Of a DNA stretch of 17,258 nt, positions 1-7,499 are shown piece after piece. The position numbers and the translations under genes were made by a program. Location of the stretch: assembly GCA_964014485.1 (NCBI GenBank), contig CAXHAT010000168.1, forward strand, positions 1 through 17,258. The letters are read 5' to 3'. This DNA comes from an uncultured Deferribacteres bacterium. Lineage in GTDB: Bacteria; Zhuqueibacterota; Zhuqueibacteria; Zhuqueibacterales; Geothermadaptataceae. The notes below the pieces were generated by a model, which saw only the letters and a program-made list of their open reading frames with translations, did no database searches and was not told the DNA's origin. Every line of letters begins with the position of its first letter. Positions within the stretch are counted from its first letter, which is position 1.

Positions 1-762
1 CAAGATGGTAATTTGCGATTGATACCACATCCGCCAGACGGCGTCGAATCGGTGTGTTTTGGCAGTTCAGTGATTGTTGGACCAGCAGAAGTCGAATCCA
101 ACCGTCCATTTGCTGCAATCGAAAAGGTTGCCGTCAATATTGCCGAAACTTCTCTTGATATCGTTTATCAATCCGGTGATAGTGCAAAAATTCAATTTGA
201 GGTTGATTCACTGAGGGCACGCGTGTTTGTTACACCGTTCTATGATCCGACAAAACCTTTTGCGACTTTTCGATCGATGTTCGTTTCAGATTCGGTGAAT
301 GATGTCAGCCACATCACTGTTGCCGATACATCACTTCCGATCCTGGGAGACTGGTTGGCATTGAATGAAATGGAGTGGCTGTTTGAACGCAAAAAAACAA
401 GTTTCCATAATACGTCGTCTCCTGATATTTTTATTGAAATTCCTACAAAAGTCGGGGTAGAACGCGACGCAACCCGTATGCCCAATATTTTCACGCTTTA
501 TCAAAACTATCCAAACCCCTTCAATCCTGAGACAACTATAAGATTCACATTGCAAAAAAAAGCGCATGTTCAGCTTAAAATCTTCAACATACTTGGCGAA
601 GAAATCGCAATTTTGGCTGATGAAATAATGGGGCCTGGAGAAAAAAAGATTGAATGGAACGGAAAAAATTTTGGAGGCACCGATGTACCAAGCGGGGTTT
701 ATATTTATTTTATCGAAGCAGAAAACTCGAAAAAAAGTCGGAAGATGGTTTTAGTACGATAA
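1..762 (+). CDS. 5'-truncated secreted protein with C-terminal FlgD-Ig / T9SS type A-like sorting domain
   Basis: The frame is open from base 1 (CAA GAT GGT AAT TTG...). The C-terminus has the typical LYQNYPNPFNPETTIRF...KIFNILGEEI...WNGKN...VPSGVYIY...RKMVLVR pattern. The N-terminal domain is not recognised. Confidence 0.85.
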   Translation, partial: QDGNLRLIPHPPDGVESVCFGSSVIVGPAEVESNRPFAAIEKVAVNIAETSLDIVYQSGDSAKIQFEVDSLRARVFVTPFYDPTKPFATFRSMFVSDSVNDVSHITVADTSLPILGDWLALNEMEWLFERKKTSFHNTSSPDIFIEIPTKVGVERDATRMPNIFTLYQNYPNPFNPETTIRFTLQKKAHVQLKIFNILGEEIAILADEIMGPGEKKIEWNGKNFGGTDVPSGVYIYFIEAENSKKSRKMVLVR

Positions 763-801
763 GGAAATTTTTCTGGTTGTTCAGTAACAATTGATCTGCA
801 T

Positions 802-1005
802 TTAACGCATTGCGGCGTAAGCAACCGCTGCTTGCACATCCTCACGCGACAAACGCGGATAGTCGTTCAAGATTTCATCGATAGAAATGTCTTGAGAAAG
901 CTTGTTGAGTATTATTTCAACCGGAATGCGCGTTCCCTTAATAACTGGCTTGCCTAACATGATTTTAGGATTAAGCTCAATGCGGTTTAATAACTGGGGG
1001 TTCAT
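802..1005 (-). CDS. DUF433 family protein (antitoxin-like)
   Basis: The 67-aa product MNPQLLNRIELNPKIMLGKPVIKGTRIPVEIIL...ILNDYPRLSREDVQAAVAYAA carries the GKPVIKGTRIPV and YPxLxxEDV DUF433 motifs. ATG at 1005 is preceded by a purine-rich AAAGAGAG. Confidence 0.9.
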   Translation of the reverse strand: MNPQLLNRIELNPKIMLGKPVIKGTRIPVEIILNKLSQDISIDEILNDYPRLSREDVQAAVAYAAMR

Positions 1006-1196
1006 TTTTGCTCTCTTTGAGTTTGTCCAAAATGTTTTCATTAAATCAAAATATGCATCTTTCGAGCGTAAAACAAATTGAAAAATCAGAAGGTTCTTGC
1101 CGAGCAAAAAGCTTGATGTTTTCGGAATAGACTCGTAGAGTCATGACCATTGTTACATAACCAAGGCCGGGCGGCATAAAAAGGTATGTTTTCTAA

Positions 1197-1883
1197 ATGA
1201 CTCAGCTTAAAACCCTGTTTTTGAGTACAATTATTAGCGTCTTCGCATTTCTGCTACACACGTCTTCCGCATTTGCCCAAAGCGCCGGTTCTGACACCAC
1301 CAAACTTGAGCGTCCAAAGTTCTCCATGACGCCGACGTGAGTGGGCTGACCGGGCGAGGGCGCGCCGCTCCGTGGGAGCGGAATTCATACCAACTGGACA
1401 TTCTCAGCACGCTTTGTCGATACGGACCTGGAGCGACCGCGCTGGCGTTTTACGGCAAATTATCGATTGCACCAGCGTTTACAAATCGGCGTTGAATACA
1501 ATCCGCTGGAGAAGGAAATCGGGCCGCTGGCGTCGCTGTTTTTTTTGACCGAAACGGAACGGCGCCCGGCACTGTTTTTGGGCACAAGTTCGGATCGTAT
1601 CGGCTCTCCCGCCGGTGAACAATCATACTTTGCTACGGTGAGCAAGTATTTCCCCAAGCTGCGGACGTCATTTTACGGCAGCTTGAATTATTCGGAGTGG
1701 GACGAAGGCTTCAACCTGCCGTTCGGCGCCGCCGTCGAGTTCGGCAAGGGCTTTTCTCTCCGCCACATGTACGACGGCGACCGCTCGCACTTACTGCTCA
1801 ATTACTTCGCCAGCCGTTTCGGCGTGCATTTGATGTACGTGTGGTATGAAAGGTTGGGCGTTTCGCTGTCCGCCGGGTTTTAA
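1197..1883 (+). CDS. Putative exported UxxU di-selenoprotein with C-terminal outer-membrane beta-barrel-like (YjbH-like) domain, 228 aa
   Basis: ATG1197 gives the signal peptide MTQLKTLFLSTIISVFAFLLHTSSAFA|Q, then ...FSMTPT-TGA(1338)-V-G-TGA(1347)-PGEGAPLRG... The frame continues without further stops into the 1467..1883 ORF. It shows alternating hydrophobic/aromatic strands and a terminal Phe (GVSLSAGF), and a hairpin lies downstream of the TGAs. Confidence 0.75.
1365..1381 (+). promoter_or_regulatory. Candidate bacterial SECIS stem-loop
   Basis: CCGCTCC-GTG-GGAGCGG forms a perfect 7-bp GC-rich stem with a G-initiated apical loop. The loop begins 22 nt after the second TGA and 31 nt after the first. 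Confidence 0.6.
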
Positions 1884-1893
1884 TATTTGAAGT

Positions 1894-1919
1894 TTAGCAA
1901 AGCTTTGAAGCTTTGCCAA
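1894..1919. repeat. Short palindrome/hairpin (REP-like or terminator) after the selenoprotein candidate
   Basis: GCAAAGCT-TTGA-AGCTTTGC (1897-1916), extended by TT/AA after one mismatch. Confidence 0.5.
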
Positions 1920-2036
1920 ACGCAGAGACGGAAAGGATGCTGAGAAGCGCATTGGAAACTTGATTTTGAATTCAAGGAGAGGCCTTAAACTCGAATAAAA
2001 CTCTGCGGAACTCACCGTTCTCCGCGTCTCTGCGTT
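1919..2036. repeat. Inverted-repeat-bounded intergenic element (CGCAGAGACG-type palindromic repeat)
   Basis: Perfect 12-bp terminal inverted repeat AACGCAGAGACG (1919-1930) / CGTCTCTGCGTT (2025-2036), with a further degenerate CTCTGCG unit inside. Confidence 0.6.
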
Positions 2037-2118
2037 AAGTTGCAATATCGAAGGCCGCCGTTGTCGGATTCCATCGGGAACGGCTTTGTGAACCTTGTAA
2101 ATCGACATATGGAAAATC

Positions 2119-2805
2119 ATGAAAAAATTCATAACCGCTTCTGTTCTTTCGCTCATTTTAACAAATATTCTTGCGGCGCAGGGACAGGAAATTCCGAAAA
2201 AAGCCCTGTGCGCCGTATGCGTGCTGCGCGGCGAAACCGAAAAAGAAAATGTCAAAGCGCATGCGAAATTTGACGGCGAAACTTACTACTTTTGCTCGAA
2301 AGGCTGCGAGAAAGAATTTCTTGCCGACCCAAAAGCTTACACCAAGCCCGTTTTCCCCCGCCCTGCTCCGAATATGGCCGTAACAACACTGGATGGAAAA
2401 GACGCAACTCTCAAAGACTTCCTGGGCAAAGTCGTTCTGCTGGATTTTTGGGCGACATGGTGTAAACCGTGCCTTAAAATCATGCCGGAGTTACAAGCGT
2501 TGCACGCCGCCAACGCGGACAACGGCTTTACCGTCGTGGGCGTCTCCATCGATGAAGGCAAAAACAGTCTCAAGAAAATTCGCAAATTCCTGGGCAAGCT
2601 CAATATTTCATACCCGATCTTTTGGGACAGCAAAGCGACGCCTGCGTGGCATACGTTCAAGGTTAAAGCGATTCCGGCGACCTTTCTGATCGACAGAGAC
2701 GGTCAGATCGTCGGCCAATGGGCAGGCGTTATCGATCACAAAGAAATTGAATCGGCGACGGCAAAAATTTTGTCGCCCGTAGACGCTCCAAACGAGAACG
2801 AGTAG
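2119..2805 (+). CDS. Exported YHS/TRASH domain + TlpA/ResA-like thioredoxin (redoxin) fusion
   Basis: Signal peptide, CAVC...YYFCSKGC (YHS/TRASH metal-binding pattern), and VVLLDFWATWCKPC...IPATFLIDRDG (TlpA-type CxxC with cis-Pro loop). Confidence 0.92.
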   Translation: MKKFITASVLSLILTNILAAQGQEIPKKALCAVCVLRGETEKENVKAHAKFDGETYYFCSKGCEKEFLADPKAYTKPVFPRPAPNMAVTTLDGKDATLKDFLGKVVLLDFWATWCKPCLKIMPELQALHAANADNGFTVVGVSIDEGKNSLKKIRKFLGKLNISYPIFWDSKATPAWHTFKVKAIPATFLIDRDGQIVGQWAGVIDHKEIESATAKILSPVDAPNENE

Positions 2806-3061
2806 CGCATTTTTTGACATGATGACTCGTGCGTCACCAGTTCTTTTCTACACCTTCAGATCGTGCCTTTCTTTGGCTGAAAATAGCCTCAAACTCGTCG
2901 GCGCAAACCGCTCCTGCAAAACTGGCTGTATTGGCGGGGCGTGAATTATGGAAGCGCCAGATAAATCAGGCGTCGAGTAACCATGAATTTGATTTGCTTG
3001 TTGTCTGGAAATTCATTTTCTTCCCGCCTCATAAATTTAGCATTCAGGAGGATTAATATTT

Positions 3062-3589
3062 ATGCAAGACTTGCGCTATCCGATCGGGGAATTTAGCTTT
3101 TCAGACGCCATCTCATCTAGCCAAATCGAAGAATCGATCCGAGATATTGAGGCAGCGCCAGAAAAACTTCGCGCCGCCGTTGCAGGACTTAACGATGAAC
3201 AATTGGACACGCCCTATCGTCCCGAAGGCTGGACGGTGCGACAAGTCGTCCACCATATGGTTGACAGCCACATCGGCAGCTATGTGCGCTTCAAATGGGC
3301 GCTGACGGAAGACACGCCAATGATCAAAACCTATGATGAAAAAACATGGGCTGAATTGAAAGAAGCGCGGACAGGCCCAATCGACATGTCGCTTCTTATC
3401 CTCGAAGCATTGCACACGCGCCTGGTGGTGATGCTAAAAAACTTGAGCGAGACAGACCTGCAACGATCTTTCATTCACCCTGAGTTCAACAGGCAAATTC
3501 GGCTCGACCAAAATATCAGCCTTTACGCGTGGCACGGCAAACATCATGCGGCTCATATCACAGAGCTTCGCAAGCGCAAAGATTGGTAG
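3062..3589 (+). CDS. yfiT: YfiT/BstA family bacillithiol S-transferase (DinB superfamily)
   Basis: LRYPIG, LDTPYRPEGWTVRQVVHHMVDSH, IKTYDEKTWAEL and YAWHGKHHAAHI motifs, with a strong AGGAGG RBS. Confidence 0.92.
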   Translation: MQDLRYPIGEFSFSDAISSSQIEESIRDIEAAPEKLRAAVAGLNDEQLDTPYRPEGWTVRQVVHHMVDSHIGSYVRFKWALTEDTPMIKTYDEKTWAELKEARTGPIDMSLLILEALHTRLVVMLKNLSETDLQRSFIHPEFNRQIRLDQNISLYAWHGKHHAAHITELRKRKDW

Positions 3590-3697
3590 CGGCGCGCATT
3601 TCTCAAAAGTTGAATCGTCCTGCAAAAACAGGGGTTTGAGCGTAATGACAAATTGGTAATTGACGCGAATTCACGTGACTTTGCTCAGGAGAGCTTT

Positions 3698-4141
3698 ATG
3701 CAAGCAAGGATTGCTTTTTTTCCAACGTTTTTGTTGTTAATCTGGGGCTTATCGGGCTGCGCCGGGGGCGGCAAATTAGCGAATACCGAAAAAATCGACC
3801 CGAGTTGGGCCGGTCTATGGAAGGGGAAATTGCTGCTCGCGGAAGCTAATCGGTTGACGCGGCCCATAGAATTGGATGTTGTTTTCACCAGCACAAATAT
3901 CCGCGCTTTTTGGACAGACTCCACCGAAAACCTGAAACGGCTTCCCGTCCGTCAGTTGCAGCTTGAAAACGGTGATATTTCCTTCAAAATTACTTACGAA
4001 TCTTTACGAGGCATAGACGCTTTTCTTGCATGTAAAGGCCAACGATCCGGCAAAGATCTGGTGCTCAATGTTCTGTGGCGCGAGGGCGGCAAGACGTTTC
4101 GGGGCGGCGTGCAAGCGAGGCGATTCATCCAAAGCAATTGA
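3698..4141 (+). CDS. Hypothetical lipoprotein
   Basis: ATG3698 follows an AGGAGAG RBS. A hydrophobic stretch ends in the lipobox LSGC, and the body is beta-rich. Confidence 0.75.
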   Translation: MQARIAFFPTFLLLIWGLSGCAGGGKLANTEKIDPSWAGLWKGKLLLAEANRLTRPIELDVVFTSTNIRAFWTDSTENLKRLPVRQLQLENGDISFKITYESLRGIDAFLACKGQRSGKDLVLNVLWREGGKTFRGGVQARRFIQSN

Positions 4142-4150
4142 CGGGTTTTA

Positions 4151-4618
4151 GTGAAAATCCAGCTGCTTGCCATAGGCAAATTGAAGAAAAAGCATTGGCG
4201 CGAAGCCGCGGAAGAATATGCTTCCCGCATCCGTTTTTATTCACAGCTCAAAATTAATGAACTACGCGACGCCAAGCCTTCCAAGCAAACTATAGAATTT
4301 GTGCAAGCCGATGAAAGCAACCGTATTTTGGAAAAAATTCCAACGACGGCTTTTATCGTGGCTTTAGATAAATCCGGACGACAGTTCCCCAGCACGCGAT
4401 TCGCGGACTTTCTGAAAGAAAAAGAATTGTATGGGCCGGCGACCATTTGTTTTTGTATCGGGGGCCCAAACGGTTTTTCAAACGACTTTCTAAAACGCGC
4501 TCACCTCGTACTCGCCCTTTCTTCGATGACCTTTCCGCATGAGCTTGCGCGCGTGATGCTTTTGGAGCAAATCTATCGCGGGTTTACGATTTTGCGTGGA
4601 GAGAACTACCACAAATAA
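4151..4618 (+). CDS. rlmH: 23S rRNA (pseudouridine1915-N3)-methyltransferase RlmH
   Basis: MKIQLLAIGKLK, ALDKSG, FCIGGPNG and LSSMTFPHELARVMLLEQIYRGFTILRGENYHK match the SPOUT/RlmH signature. Confidence 0.97.
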   Translation: MKIQLLAIGKLKKKHWREAAEEYASRIRFYSQLKINELRDAKPSKQTIEFVQADESNRILEKIPTTAFIVALDKSGRQFPSTRFADFLKEKELYGPATICFCIGGPNGFSNDFLKRAHLVLALSSMTFPHELARVMLLEQIYRGFTILRGENYHK

Positions 4619-4655
4619 GCGCTCATTCTTTACGTAACGTTTTTGCGAGGAGTAG

Positions 4656-5627
4656 ATGGAGCATTTAAAACCTGTTGAAATTTCTGACATTTTTACCGCC
4701 CGCAAGCGAATTTCCCCCCACATCACGCCAACACACGCGAACAACTACCCTGCTCTTGATCATCTCTTCGGCGGCGAGGTTTGGGTAAAGCATGAAAACC
4801 ATCACCACACGGGCGCATTCAAAGTGCGCGGCGGGATCAATCTGTGTGCGGCGATGTCGAAAAACCAAAGAAAGCGCGGCATTGTGGGCGCGTCCACTGG
4901 GAATCATGGTCAGTCATTAGCCTACGCAGCTTCATTGTTTGATATGAAGGCACAAATTTTCGTTCCCGAAGAATCAAACCCGGAAAAAATCCGGGCGATG
5001 AAACACTTTGGAGCTGAAATTGTATATTTCGGCGAAAACTATGAGACTTGCCGCAGACAGGCCAAGTCCGTCGCGAACGAACAGGGGATGCGCTTTGTTT
5101 CGGGCGGCAATGAGCCGCTTTTAATCGCAGGCGTGGGCACTTATGCTCTTGAGCTTTTTGAGCACGTACCCGATTTGGACGTGCTGTACGTGCCCGTCGG
5201 CGGCGGCAGTGGGGCGTGCGGATGTTGCGTTGCAGGGCAAGCTGTAAGCCCAAAAACCAAAATTATTGGCGTGCAATCGACGCACGCTTCAGCGGTTTAC
5301 CAGTCCTGGAAAACAGGCGAAGAAAAAACGACCGAGACTGCCGATACTTTTGCGGAGGGCTTGGCGACGCTGGCGGCGTTTCGTTATCCGCTGCAGATGC
5401 TGCGAACCGGCCTCGACGATTTTGTCCTGGTCGATGATGACGAACTTAGACAAGCCGTTCGTCTATTATTCACGTACACTCACAACGTCGCGGAAGGCGC
5501 CGGAGCAGCGGCTTTTGCAGCAGCTTACCGTGATCGTAAAAGCCTGGCAGGTCGCAAAGTCGGCGTTATCATGAGCGGAGGAAATTTGACTCTGGAGACG
5601 CTTACAAAAATTTTAGTGGAAAAATGA
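4656..5627 (+). CDS. PLP-dependent threonine/serine dehydratase (TdcB/IlvA-like, no regulatory domain)
   Basis: KHENHHHTGAFKVRGG (PLP lysine), ASTGNHGQ, VPVGGGSG and SGGN motifs, with a GAGGAG RBS. Confidence 0.92.
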   Translation: MEHLKPVEISDIFTARKRISPHITPTHANNYPALDHLFGGEVWVKHENHHHTGAFKVRGGINLCAAMSKNQRKRGIVGASTGNHGQSLAYAASLFDMKAQIFVPEESNPEKIRAMKHFGAEIVYFGENYETCRRQAKSVANEQGMRFVSGGNEPLLIAGVGTYALELFEHVPDLDVLYVPVGGGSGACGCCVAGQAVSPKTKIIGVQSTHASAVYQSWKTGEEKTTETADTFAEGLATLAAFRYPLQMLRTGLDDFVLVDDDELRQAVRLLFTYTHNVAEGAGAAAFAAAYRDRKSLAGRKVGVIMSGGNLTLETLTKILVEK

Positions 5628-5882
5628 AATTTATGTGAGAACATCTTGCGGTGAAATCAGTCTTTTAGAGCATGTAATAGTCTATTGTTTCTATGCCGAG
5701 ACTTTTTGTTAAGCTCTTGGATGGTACCGGCTTTGAAGCCTGGGCGATCAGCCGAAAAATGACAAACGGAAAATCTCTCGACGGACGCTCGCAAAAGACT
5801 AAAAATGTTTTCTTCACTGCTTGAAGGGCAGGCGTACTTTATCTGGAAATCTTCAAAGGATGGAAGAAGTTCTGGTTTACCA

Positions 5883-7430
5883 ATGAAAAACGTTTGTATC
5901 AAAAATTTCTTGTTTTGCGTTCTTTGTGTTTTCTTTTGCTCAGCGGAAGTCATGGCGCAAAAGAACGAGCATTTGCAAATTCTTGAACATCACCCGGGGA
6001 ATCGCAGCGAAGGCGTGGATGTGTTCGAAGAAATCTACATCCGCTTTTCCCGCCCGCAAAGCCTGCAAAACATCGCTGAGCGTATTTCAATTTCGCCCAA
6101 GATCGACGGACGTTTTATTACTGATTTAACCGGGCGCGGCGTGTATTTTAAGCCGAATCTAAAATTGCAGTTCGGGCAAAAATATACTGTTCAAATCGAA
6201 AACGCATCTCTATCCCACAAAGAAATCTCGGCTGAAGCACCGCAAGCATCGCCGCTAAGTTTCCATTTCAGGACAGCGCCGCGGGACACGACTTTTTTGC
6301 AAGTTACAGATGTTTGGCCCCATCCCGGCGCTTCCGACGTCTCCACAAACCAACTTTTGCGAATCGAGTTCAACCGCCCGGTCATCCCAGAAACACTCGT
6401 TGACAACGAATCTTTTTTTATTGTCTCAAAAAATGGCGAGAGAACGCCGGCGCAATTCGTCTCGGATGGCGCGACGCTCACAATCACGCCTGTCGAGCCC
6501 CTGCTTCCTCAAGAAAAATACCTGGTCACGCTTCTGGAAAACATTTCAGATATTTCCGGAATTGGCCTAAGGCGCAATTTCCAGTGGACCTTTTCCACAA
6601 AGTCAGAAACCGGGCACTGGCGCCGGCTGTCAACAAAAGAGAATGACAACACAATTTTTCACCAAATCAACCTTGATGACGTTCAGCAAAAATATCAGAT
6701 CGCTTCCGTGAGAGGCGGTTTCGAGGAAGATTCTCGAATTACGGAAGTGTTTATTCCAGAGCAGAGCACCGTGCATGAAATTGTTATGCCGCTTATGCAT
6801 GGCGCAATCCCAATTTCACGAGGCGAAGCTGTCGCATTAGCCGTCTCCGGCGACAGTAGTTTTACAGATTTGTTCTTCTTGTTCAGCGACGGGCGGCAAT
6901 ACTTTTCACAACCCATTACAATTGACTGGAAGGGTTGGAAGCGCGTCATCGTCGACACAAGAACGGATTCGCTTTTTGATCGATTCGGAAATTTGGTTTA
7001 TTTTGAAGGCGAGATTGAGTGGCTTGGCGTCATTTTGAGCCCGTTAGACAAAGAACAGGAAGCCATTCAAATTCGCTTCGGGGAGATGTCGAAACGAACG
7101 GCTCACAATCTCTTTTCGTCAGGCAAATCGGTCGGCCCGGCGGAGACTTTTGCTCTACTTCAGAGCTTTCCAAATCCTATGAAAGCCCAAGGCGGAACAA
7201 CAAGAATTTCTTTCGATTTACCAGAGAATGAAACCGTGTCACTCTCTGTTTTCGACGTATTGGGCAGGCAAATAACCAAGATAGTTGATACAAGGTTGGA
7301 TGCAGGCGTGCACACTTTTTTGTGGGACGGTCTGGATGATCAATTTAACGCCGTCCCGGCGGGCGTGTATTTTCTCAGGTTGGTTACCGGCAGAAAACAC
7401 TCTGTCTTAAAGCTAAGCATCATCCCATAA
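5883..7430 (+). CDS. Secreted protein with two Big_5 Ig-like domains, a CBM-like domain and a C-terminal FlgD-Ig/T9SS-like sorting domain
   Basis: Signal peptide from MKNVCIK. Two repeats of HP...V.....I.I.F.RP...P...L....Y.V...F.F.T, the segment ITIDWKGWKRV, and a C-terminal LLQSFPNP...FDVLGR...WDG...AGVYFLRL. Confidence 0.85.
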   Translation: MKNVCIKNFLFCVLCVFFCSAEVMAQKNEHLQILEHHPGNRSEGVDVFEEIYIRFSRPQSLQNIAERISISPKIDGRFITDLTGRGVYFKPNLKLQFGQKYTVQIENASLSHKEISAEAPQASPLSFHFRTAPRDTTFLQVTDVWPHPGASDVSTNQLLRIEFNRPVIPETLVDNESFFIVSKNGERTPAQFVSDGATLTITPVEPLLPQEKYLVTLLENISDISGIGLRRNFQWTFSTKSETGHWRRLSTKENDNTIFHQINLDDVQQKYQIASVRGGFEEDSRITEVFIPEQSTVHEIVMPLMHGAIPISRGEAVALAVSGDSSFTDLFFLFSDGRQYFSQPITIDWKGWKRVIVDTRTDSLFDRFGNLVYFEGEIEWLGVILSPLDKEQEAIQIRFGEMSKRTAHNLFSSGKSVGPAETFALLQSFPNPMKAQGGTTRISFDLPENETVSLSVFDVLGRQITKIVDTRLDAGVHTFLWDGLDDQFNAVPAGVYFLRLVTGRKHSVLKLSIIP

Positions 7431-7436
7431 ACGAAA

Positions 7437-7468
7437 ATAGATTCCTTCGCCGAAACGATGGAATCTAT
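7437..7468. terminator. Hairpin between convergent genes
   Basis: ATAGATTCC (7437-7445) pairs with GGAATCTAT (7460-7468), with an inner TCG/CGA pairing. Confidence 0.5.
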
Positions 7469-7499
7469 GTCACTCCCCCTTCTCTCCCCCGCTCTCAGT

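Noticed and set aside
1467..1883. ORF-track 138-aa protein as a stand-alone gene
   Set aside because: The TTG start has no obvious RBS or signal peptide, and the frame is open and protein-like back to 1350. It is better explained as the C-terminal part of 1197..1883.
1197..1883. Pseudogene or alternative genetic code (TGA=Trp/Gly) explanation
   Set aside because: Disfavoured but not excluded. The two stops are both TGA, at exact CxxC spacing, with an adjacent hairpin and no frameshifts. Several other genes in the window terminate at TGA at their expected ends.
2085..2102. Rex-like operator half site TTGTGAA upstream of the redoxin gene
   Set aside because: The second half site is missing.
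4139..4153. Lipoprotein TGA stop is in frame with the rlmH GTG start (possible read-through fusion)
   Set aside because: There is no Cys-like motif context or evident hairpin, and fusing a lipoprotein to a cytoplasmic rRNA methyltransferase is implausible. In-frame adjacency occurs by chance one time in three.
5700..5880. Possible c-di-GMP riboswitch upstream of the Big_5 protein (GGAAAA...CGCAAAAG)
   Set aside because: I could not build the required paired stems or tetraloop/receptor.
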